DNA of 64,000 nucleotides from Turneriella sp. (GCA_965279515.1 CBDIID010000003.1:1216001-1280000); one strand, 5' to 3'; counted from the first letter of the stretch, positions 30,355 through 41,541 are shown. Made by a program: numbers and translations. The notes: generated by a model not told the origin, from the letters alone.

Positions 30355-30375
30355 CCGTCGGCCAGGGCCCTGCGG

Positions 30376-30768
30376 TCAAAAACGAAAAGACAGGGAAAGA
30401 TATCCGGCGGGAGTTCCGTCGAGGTTTTTTGTCTGCGCCTTAATCGCATAGTGGTCATCCATCGCAATACCAAAGCTTAGAATCGCGGCGGTTATCGCCG
30501 TCACCCCATAGAATGCCCCGTCGGTAGTAAAATTAGACTTACCGTCAGCGGCATACATGCCATAGCCGAAAAGACCGTAGACGGCGAAACTCGCCAGGAA
30601 CGTAAACGGATACGAAATAAAAAATATGATTTCGCCCCGCCTGAGCGGCGACTCGTCCTTTGCGTCGGTATGGATATTTTCCGGATAACCGGGATTGAGT
30701 TCAATGGCGTGTGTTGCCGCAAACGCCGTGAGGCTCAGCACTAAAACGATCTTGCGCAGGAATTTCAC
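30376..30768 (-). CDS. Hypothetical membrane protein (GTG start)
   Basis: Signal peptide plus two TM segments; purine-rich SD before GTG 30768. Confidence 0.65.
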   Translation of the reverse strand: MKFLRKIVLVLSLTAFAATHAIELNPGYPENIHTDAKDESPLRRGEIIFFISYPFTFLASFAVYGLFGYGMYAADGKSNFTTDGAFYGVTAITAAILSFGIAMDDHYAIKAQTKNLDGTPAGYLSLSFRF

Positions 30769-30819
30769 GGTAGCTTCCCCTTCCCCGGTACGTTGGCGTA
30801 AGCCGGCCTGGCGCGGCAA

Positions 30820-31836
30820 TCACGCATCAAAAAGCGGAGCCTCTTTGCCCGGCATACCCAGGTGAATGAACGCTTCGCGCGTGAGCATACGGCCGCGCGG
30901 TGTCCGGCGGATGAATGCTCGGCGGACAAGGTAAGGTTCGACATAGTCCTCAAGCGTCGCGAGATCTTCGGCGAGTATCGACGACAGCGGTTTTAATCCC
31001 ACCGGGCCGCCCTGGTAATGGTTGGCGATAGTCAGCATAAACTGGCGGTCGAGTTTTGTGATACCCTCGGCGTCGATGTGCATCTTCTGAAAGGCATGCT
31101 CGGCCGCGGCGAGGCCCACGGCTTTTTCGAGCGAACCGCTGTCGGCAAGAGCATAGTCCCAGACCCGCCGCAACAGGTGCAATGCGATACGCGGCGTGCT
31201 GCGCGCGCGCCGGCTGATCGCACGCGTCGCCTCTTCGTCGAGCAAAATCTTCCAGAGCCCGGCGGCGCGCTGCACAATGCGTACGATGTCGTCGTCTTCG
31301 TAGAACTCGAGATGAAAACGAATACCAAAACGATCGCGCAGCGGCGCGGTCAAGTCACCCGGCCGCGTCGTCGCCCCGATCAGCGTGAAGGGCGGTAATT
31401 TGATCTGCACGGAATTCGCCAGCAGGCCGTCGCCGACGGCGATATCGATGCTGCGGTCTTCCATCGCCCCATAGAGCAGCTCTTCCGCGGCAACCGGCAG
31501 GCGGTGGATCTCATCGATGAAAAGAACGTCGTGCTCGCCCAGGGAACTCAGAATTTTTGCCAGGTCGCCGGGACGTTTGATATTGGGCGCAGTGATCTGC
31601 GAGAAACGCGCGCCCGTTTCTTCAGAGACAATCCGTGCCAGCGTGGTTTTACCCAGGCCCGGTGGCCCCGAGAGCAGAATATGGTCAAGCGGTTCTTTGC
31701 GGATAGCCGCGGCCTTGATAAAGGATCTCAGGTTTTCGACGACATCTTTCTGCCCGACAAACTCTGAAAGCGCCGACGGGCGCACCTGTACTTCCTGGTC
31801 GTTTTTTTCGAGGTGGAGATGTGGTTCGAGCGGCAT
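30820..31836 (-). CDS. ruvB: Holliday junction helicase RuvB
   Basis: GPPGLGKTTLA, FIDEIHRL, FTLIGATTR, LRDRFG, RTPRGR. Confidence 0.97.
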   Translation of the reverse strand: MPLEPHLHLEKNDQEVQVRPSALSEFVGQKDVVENLRSFIKAAAIRKEPLDHILLSGPPGLGKTTLARIVSEETGARFSQITAPNIKRPGDLAKILSSLGEHDVLFIDEIHRLPVAAEELLYGAMEDRSIDIAVGDGLLANSVQIKLPPFTLIGATTRPGDLTAPLRDRFGIRFHLEFYEDDDIVRIVQRAAGLWKILLDEEATRAISRRARSTPRIALHLLRRVWDYALADSGSLEKAVGLAAAEHAFQKMHIDAEGITKLDRQFMLTIANHYQGGPVGLKPLSSILAEDLATLEDYVEPYLVRRAFIRRTPRGRMLTREAFIHLGMPGKEAPLFDA

Positions 31837-31845
31837 GGCTGGCCG

Positions 31846-32229
31846 CTATTCTTTACCGCGCTCGAGCACGACACAGGCATTGGAATAGTCGCGTGCATGC
31901 GAGATGCTGAAGAGTATGCTTGTCACGCTTTTTGTCTTCAGCATTTCTGCCAGAAGTCCGGTGACGTGGATGTCCTTTTTCCCTTCACTACCCTTGAGCC
32001 CGACATCGCGGTACGAAATCCTCAGGTCGCGCGGCATACCGAGCGCTTTGATGAAAGCTTCTTTCACGGCAAAACGCGCCGCGAGATGCGGCGTTGGATC
32101 TTTTTTTTTCAGGCAGTAAGTGACTTCTTCTTCGGTAAAGACCCGGTTCAGAAATCGCTGCTTGTATTTGCCCAACATTTCAGAAATGCGGTCATTTTCA
32201 CAGATATCGATGCCGATGCCAACGACCAT
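31846..32229 (-). CDS. acpS: Holo-[acyl-carrier-protein] synthase
   Basis: GIGIDI, LAARFAVKEAFIKALG, SISH. Confidence 0.95.
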   Translation of the reverse strand: MVVGIGIDICENDRISEMLGKYKQRFLNRVFTEEEVTYCLKKKDPTPHLAARFAVKEAFIKALGMPRDLRISYRDVGLKGSEGKKDIHVTGLLAEMLKTKSVTSILFSISHARDYSNACVVLERGKE

Positions 32230-34892
32230 CAGATTTCCGCTGAGAAAAATTTCACGACCGCGTCGGCATCGCCCGTAAATTTACCCTGTATGAGTTCGGC
32301 CTTGCCACCGCCCGTGACGCCGAGACCCGCCGGGACTTTTTTAACCGTCTGGCCCAAATGGATTTTTCGGGCTGCTGCATAATCTGCGCCCGTACCCAGA
32401 ACAAACACTGTCTCAGCGGGGCCCTTTGCAAACAGCATGTATACCGCTTGCGCGTTCTTTTCACGCGCCTTGTCGATAAGATTTTTAAGATCGTTGATTG
32501 GCCGGGCGTCAAGCACCTGGACGGCATACGCCGTGCCGGAGGCGGCAGTCGTGGTTGCTGCGATGAGAGCATCGAGCAACGGCTCCAAATCGCCGCTCAC
32601 CGCACTCTGGCTTTTTTTGCGCTCTTTGCGCACTGCCTGCTGTAGTTCGGCAACTTCCGCCGCGAGAGCCAGCGAACTGCGCCAGAGCCCCGCGTCGACC
32701 TTGGCTGCTTCGAGTGTTTTCAGCTTTGCTGCAGCAGCGTCGCCGTCCTTACCTATTTCAGTTAACGCAACGCGGATTTCATCCCATTTACGCTGCAGGG
32801 CCGCACTAGCCGCCTGGCCCGCGACCGCTTCGATGCGGCGGTTGCCGGCACCGGGGCTGGATTCCTTCTGGATAAAGAACGCGCCGATGTCGCCTGTGCG
32901 TGCAACGTGTGTGCCGCCGCAGAATTCTTTCGAGAAATCACCCATCTCGACCACGCGCACGACGTCACCATACTTCTCGCCGAAAGTCATTACCGCACCG
33001 CGCTTTTCAGCTTCGTTTTTGGGCAATACTGCTGTGGCAACTGCAGCGTTACCATGGACCACTTCGTTCACGGTGCGCTCAACGGCGGCGACTTCGTCGG
33101 CAGTCATTGCTTTCGGGTGGGCAAAATCAAAACGCAGGTATTCGGGATGCACAAGAGAACCTGTCTGCTTAATATGCCCGCCCAGGCTCTTTTTGAGCGC
33201 GGCGTTCAACAGGTGTGTCGCGCTGTGGTGCCGCATCAGGGCCTCGCGGCGTTCGCGATCGACAATGAGCTCGACCTCTTCGCCTGCCGCAATGGTACCT
33301 TCGATATCGCTCAACAGGTGAACGTATGCATCACCTTGCTTGCGGCAATCGGTGATACGTGCTCCACCCTTGGCGCTTTTGAGGAAACCATTGTCCCCCA
33401 GCTGCCCCCCACCTTCGGCATAAAAAGGTGTCTTATCCGTCAGCACAAAGCAGAGTTCTGCCGAATCTTTTTCAGATATGGAATTCACCACCTGATTGCC
33501 GCGGATGATCGAAAGAATTTTTCCGTGATCTGCGAGCGTTGTAAACCCCGTGAATTCCGTAGCCGTAGATTTCCCCAGCGGTAATTCCAGCACGCCCTTC
33601 CATGCGGCACGTCCACGCTCGCGTTGTTTTTCCATCTCGGCTTTGAACGCCGGAATATCGACGGTAAGGTTTTCCTGCTCGGCGAGCTCTACTGTCATTT
33701 CGAGCGGGAAGCCAAAAGTATCATACAGTTGAAAAATTTCTTTGCCGGGCAGAACCTTGCCACCCTTTTCCTTCACACCGTGCACCAGCTCTTCGAGGCG
33801 TGCCGCGCCTGAATCGAGCGTCTTCAGGAAACGGTTCTCTTCTTCGCGGATATAGTCTGTGATGAACGGAATATTGCCTTTGAGCTCGGCATAGAACTTG
33901 CCATAGATCTCACTGACTGTATCGCAGAGTTTATAGAGCAATGGCTCCTTTTGCCCCAGCTTGCGGCCAAACAACATCGCGCGGCGCAGAACACGGCGCA
34001 GTACGTAGCCGCGCGATTCATTCGAGGGGAAAATACCATCTGACATCGCAAAGGTCAGAGTGCGGATATGATCCGTGAGCACGCGCAGCGCAATAACAGA
34101 ATCACCTTCATACTTCGCCGAAAAAACTTCAGCCGCCTTTTTGCGCAGCGACGCCAGTTCGTCGGTGTCGAAAACGGAATCCACACCCTGCGTGAGTGTG
34201 CCGAGGCGCTCAAGGCCGGCTCCGGTATCGATGCCGGTCTTCGCAAGCGGGAGGTATTCCCCCTTCTGGAAATCAAACTGGTTAAAAACCAGGTTCCAGA
34301 ACTCCATAAAACGATCGCCCGAGCCCCCTGGCGCCCGGTTTTGCTCGTCTGTACCGAACGCTTCGCCGCGGTCGATGTAAAGTTCGCTGCATGGTCCGCA
34401 GGCGCCTGCGTCACCGGCGGGTCCCCAGAAGTTATCCGCACGGCCCAGACGCACGATGCGCTCCCTGGGTACGCCGATGTGTTTATGCCAGATATCAGCG
34501 GCCTCGTCGTCGTTTTCAAAAATACTGATCCAGATCTTATCTTTCGGAAAAGGTAAAAATTGCGTGGAGTACTCCCACGCAAACTCAATCGCTTCTTTCT
34601 TGAAATAATCACCGAAGCTGAAGTTGCCGAGCATCTCAAAGAACGACAAGTGCCGCTTGGTCTTGCCTACGGATTCGAGGTCAGTGGTCCTCAGGCACTT
34701 CTGCACAGAAGCCAGCCGGGATGCAGGCGGATTTTTTGCGCCCGAAAAGAAATCCTTGAAAGGCACCATACCCGCTGTCGTAAAAAGCAACGTCGGGTCA
34801 GCCGCAGGCAAGAGCGAGGCGCTGGGCATACGCAGGTGCTTTTTACTCTCAAAGAATGAGAGATATGAATTTCGGATATCGTTGATCTTCAT
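32229..34892 (-). CDS. alaS: Alanine--tRNA ligase
   Basis: DPTLLFTTAGMVPFK, FEMLGNFSFGDYFK, IDTGAGLER, HSATHLL, CGGTHV. Confidence 0.98.
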   Translation of the reverse strand: MKINDIRNSYLSFFESKKHLRMPSASLLPAADPTLLFTTAGMVPFKDFFSGAKNPPASRLASVQKCLRTTDLESVGKTKRHLSFFEMLGNFSFGDYFKKEAIEFAWEYSTQFLPFPKDKIWISIFENDDEAADIWHKHIGVPRERIVRLGRADNFWGPAGDAGACGPCSELYIDRGEAFGTDEQNRAPGGSGDRFMEFWNLVFNQFDFQKGEYLPLAKTGIDTGAGLERLGTLTQGVDSVFDTDELASLRKKAAEVFSAKYEGDSVIALRVLTDHIRTLTFAMSDGIFPSNESRGYVLRRVLRRAMLFGRKLGQKEPLLYKLCDTVSEIYGKFYAELKGNIPFITDYIREEENRFLKTLDSGAARLEELVHGVKEKGGKVLPGKEIFQLYDTFGFPLEMTVELAEQENLTVDIPAFKAEMEKQRERGRAAWKGVLELPLGKSTATEFTGFTTLADHGKILSIIRGNQVVNSISEKDSAELCFVLTDKTPFYAEGGGQLGDNGFLKSAKGGARITDCRKQGDAYVHLLSDIEGTIAAGEEVELIVDRERREALMRHHSATHLLNAALKKSLGGHIKQTGSLVHPEYLRFDFAHPKAMTADEVAAVERTVNEVVHGNAAVATAVLPKNEAEKRGAVMTFGEKYGDVVRVVEMGDFSKEFCGGTHVARTGDIGAFFIQKESSPGAGNRRIEAVAGQAASAALQRKWDEIRVALTEIGKDGDAAAAKLKTLEAAKVDAGLWRSSLALAAEVAELQQAVRKERKKSQSAVSGDLEPLLDALIAATTTAASGTAYAVQVLDARPINDLKNLIDKAREKNAQAVYMLFAKGPAETVFVLGTGADYAAARKIHLGQTVKKVPAGLGVTGGGKAELIQGKFTGDADAVVKFFSAEI

Positions 34893-34939
34893 GACGCTGG
34901 ATTAACTCCGGTTTTTGAAACATGCCCGCAAGAAGATAT

Positions 34940-34969
34940 AAAAAAAGCGTACCCGAAGGTACGCTTTTT
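34940..34969 (-). terminator. Intrinsic terminator after rplQ
   Basis: Minus strand AGCGTACC-TTCG-GGTACGCT-TTTTTT (cUUCGg loop), potentially bidirectional. Confidence 0.9.
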
Positions 34970-34987
34970 CTGAGGGCTTAAGAATAG

Positions 34988-35515
34988 TTACTTCTTAGCC
35001 TTTTTTTCTTTTGCCGGCTTCGCAGCCTTGGCTTCTTTCGCTGGTTTTTCAGCAGCCGAAGCTTTTTTGCCGCCTTTTTTACTGCGCGCCGCACGGACTG
35101 CACTGCGGTCTTCTTTCAGCTGCGCCAGTTCTTTGCGCTCGACAAGTTGCAGCATCGCCATTTCTGATGCATCAGAAATGCGCTGCCCGACGCGCAGAAT
35201 GCGTGTATAACCACCGGGACGCGTAGCAAAACGCGGCGCGATGTCATTGAACAGCTTGTGGAGGATTTCCTTATCGGTCACGATTTTCGCCGCTTCGCGC
35301 AGGTTATGTACTTTCTCCGCAGGCGTCAGCGAACCTTTTTGGTTTGCCCGTGCCCGCGTGATCAGCTTCTCCGCGATCTGGCGCGCGACCTTGGCTTTCG
35401 CTACGGTCGTGGTGATATTCTCATGAAAGAACAATGACTGCACAAGGTTGCCCAACATCGCCTGGCGATGCCCGACCTTCTTGTTCAGATGTTTTACTTT
35501 ATTTCCCTTAATCAT
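34988..35515 (-). CDS. rplQ: 50S ribosomal protein L17 with Lys/Ala-rich tail
   Basis: ITTTVAKAK, RPGGYTRI. Confidence 0.96.
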   Translation of the reverse strand: MIKGNKVKHLNKKVGHRQAMLGNLVQSLFFHENITTTVAKAKVARQIAEKLITRARANQKGSLTPAEKVHNLREAAKIVTDKEILHKLFNDIAPRFATRPGGYTRILRVGQRISDASEMAMLQLVERKELAQLKEDRSAVRAARSKKGGKKASAAEKPAKEAKAAKPAKEKKAKK

Positions 35516-35539
35516 AATCCCTCTTGGATCTTTCCGTTA

Positions 35540-36520
35540 TCAGCGACCGTCGCGCATGCCGAACGCGAGATTCATGTTAGCGAGCTTGCTTTTAAGCTGC
35601 AATAACACTTTGTCCGAGTAGTGCTTGCTCTTTCTCAGGTCGTCTTCGTAGCGTGTGACGATGTCTTTCACGTTGCGCATGTCTAAGCTGCGCAACACCG
35701 CGATACTGCGCACCGACATTTCCATGTCTTCCAGGGCAACCTGCATCGCCTTCTTGAGGCGCTCGTCAGTTTCGTCGAATTCTTCCTCTTCTTCGTACAT
35801 CTCTTCTGCGAAGTTGATGAATACGGTAAGGTGTTCTTTGAGAATCTTCGCGGCATAAGCCATCGCGTCTTCAGGCGAGATGGTCATGTCTGTCCAGATT
35901 TCGAATGTGACTTTGTCGTAGTCTGTTCTCTGGTCGACGCGTGTTTCGCCGATTTCGAAGTTCACTTTCGTGATCGGTGAAAAGAGTGCGTCGATGGGAA
36001 TCACACCCACTTCATCGATCATCTTCTTAGTGATTTCAGCGGGCAGGTAGCCGCGGCCTTTATCGATCTGCAGCGTCATCTTGAGGTTTGCATCCTCATT
36101 CATGTGCGCGAGAACGAGGTCGGGGTTCATCACCTCGACGCTGTTTGAGACCGCAAAGTCGGCTGCCATCAGCACACCAGCGCCTTTTTTCTCGACTTCG
36201 AGAGTCAGGGGACCCTGGCCGTCCATTTTAAGGCGTACACGTTTCAGGTTGAGGATCAGGCGGGTGACGTCTTCTTTGATGCCGGGCATCGTGGAGAATT
36301 CGTGGCTCACGCCTTCGATCTTGACCGCGACAATCGCCGCGCCTTCGATGTACGACATCAGAACGCGCCTCAGGCTGTTCGCCACCGTGACGCCGAAACC
36401 TTTTTCAAACGGCTCGGCGACAAACTTGCCGTAATCCGGGCGAGTTTCTACGTGCTGGAATTCCGCACTTTTCGGACGCTTGAGACCCTTGAGTAAATTT
36501 TTCGGTGCAGCTTTTGCCAT
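35540..36520 (-). CDS. rpoA: RNA polymerase alpha subunit
   Basis: EPFEKGFGVTVANSLRRVL, HEFST.PG.KEDV, RVDQRTDYDK. Confidence 0.97.
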   Translation of the reverse strand: MAKAAPKNLLKGLKRPKSAEFQHVETRPDYGKFVAEPFEKGFGVTVANSLRRVLMSYIEGAAIVAVKIEGVSHEFSTMPGIKEDVTRLILNLKRVRLKMDGQGPLTLEVEKKGAGVLMAADFAVSNSVEVMNPDLVLAHMNEDANLKMTLQIDKGRGYLPAEITKKMIDEVGVIPIDALFSPITKVNFEIGETRVDQRTDYDKVTFEIWTDMTISPEDAMAYAAKILKEHLTVFINFAEEMYEEEEEFDETDERLKKAMQVALEDMEMSVRSIAVLRSLDMRNVKDIVTRYEDDLRKSKHYSDKVLLQLKSKLANMNLAFGMRDGR

Positions 36521-36537
36521 TATTTCTCCATTAAAAA

Positions 36538-37167
36538 TTATTTCGAGTACAACTCGACAATGACGTTCTCTTTGATCGGAATATCGACGTTTTCACGTGA
36601 CGGCATTTTCACGACTTTCGCTGATTTTCCGTCTTCGCCGTGTTCCATCCAATCTGCGATGAGACCCGCATTTTTCGACATTTCCACGTTTTCAGCGATG
36701 ACCTTATTCGTTTTCAGTTTTTCTGCCAGCGAAATTGTATCGCCGATAGAAACTTTATAGCTGGGGATATCTACACGGCGGCCGTTCACCTGAATGTGGC
36801 CGTGTACGATAAAGTTACGTGCCTGGGCGCGCGATGAAGCAACACCCATGCGGTAGAGCGAATTGTCGAGACGACGCTCGAGCAGAATCAAAAGGTTTTC
36901 CCCGGTGATACCGCGCTGGCGCGATGCGTGTTCAAAATAGTTGCGGAACGGGCGCTCTAAGAGGCCGTATACACGCTTGACCTTTTGTTTTTCACGCAGC
37001 TGTGTCGCATAACCCGACATCTTCGGCTTACGCTTCGGTGGTGGGCCCGGAGGATTTTTTCTTTTGTTAAAAATGCACTTGTCTGTCATGCATTTTTGAC
37101 CTTTGAGGAATAATTTTAATCCCTCGCGTCTGCACAACTTACATGCTGGTCCGATTGCTCTTGCCAT
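36538..37167 (-). CDS. rpsD: 30S ribosomal protein S4
   Basis: CKLCRREG, QLREKQK, LERRLDN, IVELYSK. Confidence 0.97.
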   Translation of the reverse strand: MARAIGPACKLCRREGLKLFLKGQKCMTDKCIFNKRKNPPGPPPKRKPKMSGYATQLREKQKVKRVYGLLERPFRNYFEHASRQRGITGENLLILLERRLDNSLYRMGVASSRAQARNFIVHGHIQVNGRRVDIPSYKVSIGDTISLAEKLKTNKVIAENVEMSKNAGLIADWMEHGEDGKSAKVVKMPSRENVDIPIKENVIVELYSK

Positions 37168-37170
37168 TTC

Positions 37171-37590
37171 TTATACCCTTCTCTTCTTGCGTGGTCGGCA
37201 GCCGTTATGTGGTACCGGTGTGATGTCTTTGATGAGGCTGACGCGCAGGCCTGATGCAGCCAGCGTGCGGATTGCCTGCTCGCGGCCAACGCCGGGGCCT
37301 TTGACGTAAATTTCCACTTCATGCAGGCCGCGCTCGCGCGCTTTGTCGAGAGCTGAACGTGCCGCCAACTGTGCTGCATACGGCGTCGCTTTACGCGAAC
37401 CTTTGAATTCGAGCGAACCGCCCGATGCCCAGGCGATCGAGTTACCGTTCATGTCGGTAATCGTGATGATCGTATTGTTGAACGTCGCGTTGATATAAAC
37501 GCGTCCGCGTGGCACACGACCTTTGTCTTTGATCTTCTTCGACGCTTTCGCTTCGTCCGGCGCCGCTTGTTCTTTTACTTCTTCGCTCAT
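37171..37590 (-). CDS. rpsK: 30S ribosomal protein S11
   Basis: [27 protein letters not shown]. Confidence 0.97.
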   Translation of the reverse strand: MSEEVKEQAAPDEAKASKKIKDKGRVPRGRVYINATFNNTIITITDMNGNSIAWASGGSLEFKGSRKATPYAAQLAARSALDKARERGLHEVEIYVKGPGVGREQAIRTLAASGLRVSLIKDITPVPHNGCRPRKKRRV

Positions 37591-37602
37591 ATTATTGTTC
37601 CA

Positions 37603-37986
37603 TTAACCTTTGCTCGGCGCCATTTTCTTGCCGGCGACGGTCACGCGGCGGCCTTTACGGGTACGCGCGTTTGTTTTAGTGCGCTGGCCGCGTGCGGGTA
37701 AACCCCGGCGGTGGCGGCTGCCCCGGTAGCTGTTTGTGTCAATCAGGCGCTTCATGTCGAGCTGCACTTTGCTGCGCAGTGCACCTTCTACAGTGTAAGA
37801 CCCGTCGATGACCTTTTTGATCTTCCCGATTTCGTCTTCACTCAGCTCATGCACGCGCTTGGAAAGTGGGATGCCCGCTTTCGCTACGATGTCATTGGCG
37901 GCTTTTGTGCCAATGCCGTAGATGTACGTGAGGCCGATAACGACCCTTTTCTGATTTGGTAAATCTATACCTTCAATACGTGCCAT
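37603..37986 (-). CDS. rpsM: 30S ribosomal protein S13
   Basis: [29 protein letters not shown]. Confidence 0.97.
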   Translation of the reverse strand: MARIEGIDLPNQKRVVIGLTYIYGIGTKAANDIVAKAGIPLSKRVHELSEDEIGKIKKVIDGSYTVEGALRSKVQLDMKRLIDTNSYRGSRHRRGLPARGQRTKTNARTRKGRRVTVAGKKMAPSKG

Positions 37987-37988
37987 AA

Positions 37989-38105
37989 TTACCTCTGCCT
38001 CTGTTTATGCCGGGGATTTGATTTACAAATCACGCGGATGACTCCCGCTCTGCGGATTACCTTACATTGCGGACAAATCTTTCTGACCGATGCTCTGACC
38101 TTCAT
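37989..38105 (-). CDS. rpmJ: 50S ribosomal protein L36 (Zn-binding type)
   Basis: Below the ORF-track cut-off. Manual translation [42 protein letters not shown] overlap with the map stop. Confidence 0.96.
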   Translation of the reverse strand: MKVRASVRKICPQCKVIRRAGVIRVICKSNPRHKQRQR

Positions 38106-38914
38106 ACGTTAACTCCAGATTTCTCAATGCCCATCATTTCAAAAACGTTGATATTTGCACCCTTGGGCAATGTGCAAATCACCGGGCCCGAACTTGTAAC
38201 CGCAATTGTGTGCTCGAAGTGAGCGCTCAATTTGCCGTCCTTTGTTTTGACCGTCCATTTATCCGAATCTGTAAATACGTCATACGTGCCGGCGTTGATC
38301 ATCGGCTCAATGGCGATGACCATGCCGGCGCGGATTTTGATGCCGTCTTTACGGCGACCATAGTTAGGCACCTGCGGCTCTTCGTGGATTGCCTTACCGA
38401 TACCGTGGCCAACGAGCTGGCGCACGACGCCGAAGCCATTGCCTTCAGCGTGCTTTTGTACCGCTTCGCCGATCGCACCGATACGGTTGTCCGCTTTTGC
38501 TTCGGCGATACCTTTAAAAAGACACTGTTGTGTAACTTCGACGAGCTGGCGTGCTTCGCTGCTCACCTTGCCCACCGGCCATGTCCATGCAGTATCCGAA
38601 AAATAACCGTTGTAGCTCACACCCAGGTCTACGCTGACAATATCGCCTTCGCGGATGACATCCTTCTTGTTGGGTATACCATGCACGACACTGTCGTTGA
38701 GACAGGTGCAGATGCATGCCGGGAATCCATAGAGACCCAGAAAGGCCGGTTTGCCCTTTTTAGAATAGATAAATTCGCGCGCGACTTCGTCGAGGTCAGC
38801 CGTCGAAACACCGGGCTTAATATGCTCACGGATACGCATGTGAGTTTCGTAAGAGATCATACCGGATTCCATGATCTGCGAAACTTCTTTGCTTGTGTAG
38901 ATCTTAACTGCCAC
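38102..38914 (-). CDS. map: Type I methionine aminopeptidase
   Basis: VVHGIP, DLG....YFSD, GHGIG..IHEEP, AIEPM, SAHFEHT. Confidence 0.96.
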   Translation of the reverse strand: MAVKIYTSKEVSQIMESGMISYETHMRIREHIKPGVSTADLDEVAREFIYSKKGKPAFLGLYGFPACICTCLNDSVVHGIPNKKDVIREGDIVSVDLGVSYNGYFSDTAWTWPVGKVSSEARQLVEVTQQCLFKGIAEAKADNRIGAIGEAVQKHAEGNGFGVVRQLVGHGIGKAIHEEPQVPNYGRRKDGIKIRAGMVIAIEPMINAGTYDVFTDSDKWTVKTKDGKLSAHFEHTIAVTSSGPVICTLPKGANINVFEMMGIEKSGVNV

Positions 38915-38915
38915 G

Positions 38916-39479
38916 TCATACTCCGACCACGGCCTTTACCTTGTCCGCGATTTCAGTCGTGGAGCCGGTGCCGTGGATGTGGCGCAATATCTTCTTTTCT
39001 TCGTAATAGCTGATAAGAGGTTGTGTCTTGTCTTTAAAAACCTGCAAGCGATTTTTGATCGATTCAGGATTGTCATCCGAACGGCCTTCCTGCGCCGCAC
39101 GGCCCAGAAGGCGTTTCACAAGCTCTTCATCCGGCACTTCAAAATTAACCACATGGTCCATTTTGATGCCGAGTTTTGTTAAAATACCGTCGAGAGCCTT
39201 TGCCTGCTCGATTGTACGGGGAAAACCGTCGAGCACGAAGCCTTTTTTGCAATCTGGTTCCTGAATGCGCTGCTCGATAATGCCGATGACAACGCTGTCG
39301 GGCACAAGCTCGCCTTTATCCATAAAGGATTTTGCCTGCTTGCCCAGATCTGTCCCTTTGCTCACTGCTTCGCGCAGAATGTCACCTGTGGAAATCTGGA
39401 TGATTCCCGCACGATCTAAAAATATTTTAGCCTGCGTGCCTTTACCGGCGCCAGGAGGACCCAGGAAAATCAGTTGCAT
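38916..39479 (-). CDS. adk: Adenylate kinase (short LID)
   Basis: GPPGAGKGTQ, STGDILR, LDGFPR, RSDD. Confidence 0.97.
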   Translation of the reverse strand: MQLIFLGPPGAGKGTQAKIFLDRAGIIQISTGDILREAVSKGTDLGKQAKSFMDKGELVPDSVVIGIIEQRIQEPDCKKGFVLDGFPRTIEQAKALDGILTKLGIKMDHVVNFEVPDEELVKRLLGRAAQEGRSDDNPESIKNRLQVFKDKTQPLISYYEEKKILRHIHGTGSTTEIADKVKAVVGV

Positions 39480-39482
39480 GCG

Positions 39483-40859
39483 CTAGCGCACCACCCGTGG
39501 GCGTCCGGCACTTTTCTTATTGCGATCCATAAAGCCGTCATAGTGCCGCATGATGAGCTGGCTTTCGATCTGTTTGAGCGTATCGAGGGCAACCCCGACC
39601 GTAATGAGCAGAGACGTACCACCGAAGAGGTGAATCAGCTGCGAATATTTTTCGAGGCTCCAAAGCTTAATAAAGATATCAGGAGCAATCGCGACGAAGG
39701 CGAGAAAGATCGCACCGGAGAGTGTGATCCTGTTCAGAATGCGCTCGAGTGTCTCTTCCGTATGCGCACCAGGACGCACACCAGGGATATATCCGCCATT
39801 TTTCTTGAGCGCCTCGGCAATCTCTTTCGGATTGTATTGTATCGTTGTGTAGAAATAAGCGAAAAACAAAATCAGCATGATATAAATGATGAAGTAAGTA
39901 ATCGTACCCGGTGCGAGATACTTCTGGATCGTCTCGGCAAAACCCTGGTAGCGCGAGCCAAAATAACTCGCAATCTGCGACGGGAAGATCATCAGCGATG
40001 ATGCGAAGATGATCGGCATCACGTTTGCAGCGTTAACCTTGATAGGCAGGGTTTGGCTCGCACCTTGTACCATACGGCGCCCGACAATACGCTTACCGTA
40101 CTGCAGGGGAATCTTGCGCTGGCCTTCGCTGAGCAGAATCGACATACCGATCATGGCAATAAAGAGCACCAGGAGAATCAGCGCGAGAATTGCATCGGCC
40201 TGATTTGTGCGGATGTCACCGAGGAACTGCCCCAGCGCAGCGGGCGCTCCGGCAATAATACCCGCAAAGATAATGAGAGATGTTCCGTTACCAATGCCGC
40301 GCTCTGTCATGAGCTCGCCCATCCACATCAGCAGAATCGTACCGGCGGTGATGGTCAGCATGGTCATCGCAGTGAAAGCCGTTCCGGGCCCCCCTGCGAT
40401 CAACAGGCCTTTGCCGCTCTGCGCAGCTTCAAAGTGCAGCGACGTGATATAAACTGTAATACCATACGCCTGCAGGGCGCAGAGTAAAACGGTGCCATAA
40501 CGTGTGTACTGGTTGATCTTCTTACGGCCGAAATCCCCTTCTTTAGCGAGGCGCTGCAGAGAAGGAACCGCAACCATCATGATCTGCATGATGATCGAAG
40601 CGGAAATGTAAGGCATGATACCCAAAGCAAAAACCGACAGACGTTTGAACGCGCCGCCGGCAAAAAGGTCGATATAGTCTGTCAGGCTGCCGCCCGCACC
40701 CGCTGCAGCTTTGGCAAAATATTCCTGCAAAACCTTGAAGTCAAGGCCCGGCACAGTGATGTGTGCGCCGATGCGGAAAAGCAAAAGCATCCCGAGCGTA
40801 AAAAGAATCTTTTTACGCAGGTCAGGAACGGTAAAGATGGTTACGATCGACCGGATCAT
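39483..40859 (-). CDS. secY: Preprotein translocase SecY
   Basis: [42 protein letters not shown]. Confidence 0.98.
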   Translation of the reverse strand: MIRSIVTIFTVPDLRKKILFTLGMLLLFRIGAHITVPGLDFKVLQEYFAKAAAGAGGSLTDYIDLFAGGAFKRLSVFALGIMPYISASIIMQIMMVAVPSLQRLAKEGDFGRKKINQYTRYGTVLLCALQAYGITVYITSLHFEAAQSGKGLLIAGGPGTAFTAMTMLTITAGTILLMWMGELMTERGIGNGTSLIIFAGIIAGAPAALGQFLGDIRTNQADAILALILLVLFIAMIGMSILLSEGQRKIPLQYGKRIVGRRMVQGASQTLPIKVNAANVMPIIFASSLMIFPSQIASYFGSRYQGFAETIQKYLAPGTITYFIIYIMLILFFAYFYTTIQYNPKEIAEALKKNGGYIPGVRPGAHTEETLERILNRITLSGAIFLAFVAIAPDIFIKLWSLEKYSQLIHLFGGTSLLITVGVALDTLKQIESQLIMRHYDGFMDRNKKSAGRPRVVR

Positions 40860-41362
40860 TTAGCTGTCTTTTTTCCTTTCTCCAAAACTTTGGACTTCGC
40901 TTCTATAACTTCAACTTTCGCGCCCGCAGCTTCTGCGAGTTTCTTTGCCGCTTCGCTCACCGCGTCGGCCTTGATGTTTTTACCCGACAGCGAAACCTGT
41001 TTGCCGTTAGTTTTACCGAGGAGCTTCCACGCTTCTGTGCTCTTCGGTACGAGACCGGCTTTTTTCAGCGCTTCGAGGTTGATGGCTGCGTCTGCCAGTT
41101 TACCTTCGGCAACATATTTTGCCAGGTTTTGAATGTTAACAGGGGTGTATTCTTTACGGAATGCATTCTGGAAACCGCGCTTTGGAATGCGGCGATAAAG
41201 GGGCCACTGACCACCTTCAAAACGCGCAGGAATATTACCGCCATTACGCGCAGTCTGACCCTTACCACCGCGGCCAGAAGTCTTACCGTGGCCTGACGAA
41301 GTACCGCGGCCGACGATTTTCGGACGCTTATTCGCGCCTGCATTGGGCTTTAACTGGTTCAT
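40856..41362 (-). CDS. rplO: 50S ribosomal protein L15
   Basis: GRG.SSG.GKTSGRG.KGQ, FEGGQ.PL.RR.PKRGF. Confidence 0.96.
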   Translation of the reverse strand: MNQLKPNAGANKRPKIVGRGTSSGHGKTSGRGGKGQTARNGGNIPARFEGGQWPLYRRIPKRGFQNAFRKEYTPVNIQNLAKYVAEGKLADAAINLEALKKAGLVPKSTEAWKLLGKTNGKQVSLSGKNIKADAVSEAAKKLAEAAGAKVEVIEAKSKVLEKGKKTAK

Positions 41363-41541
41363 CCGATCGCCTCTACTTTCACAAGAAAGTTAACCTTTTT
41401 AAGCATGCCTTCGATTTGCGGAGTTACCGCATGCTCGCGCGACATACCGACGCGGCGCAGGCCGAGCGCTGTGAGCGTCGCTTTTTGTTTATCCGACTTG
41501 CGGATGTTACTGCGAGTTTGTGTTACGCGTACTTTTTTCAT
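41359..41541 (-). CDS. rpmD: 50S ribosomal protein L30
   Basis: TL.ALGLRR, TPQI.GM..KV; position in the spc operon. Confidence 0.93.
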   Translation of the reverse strand: MKKVRVTQTRSNIRKSDKQKATLTALGLRRVGMSREHAVTPQIEGMLKKVNFLVKVEAIG

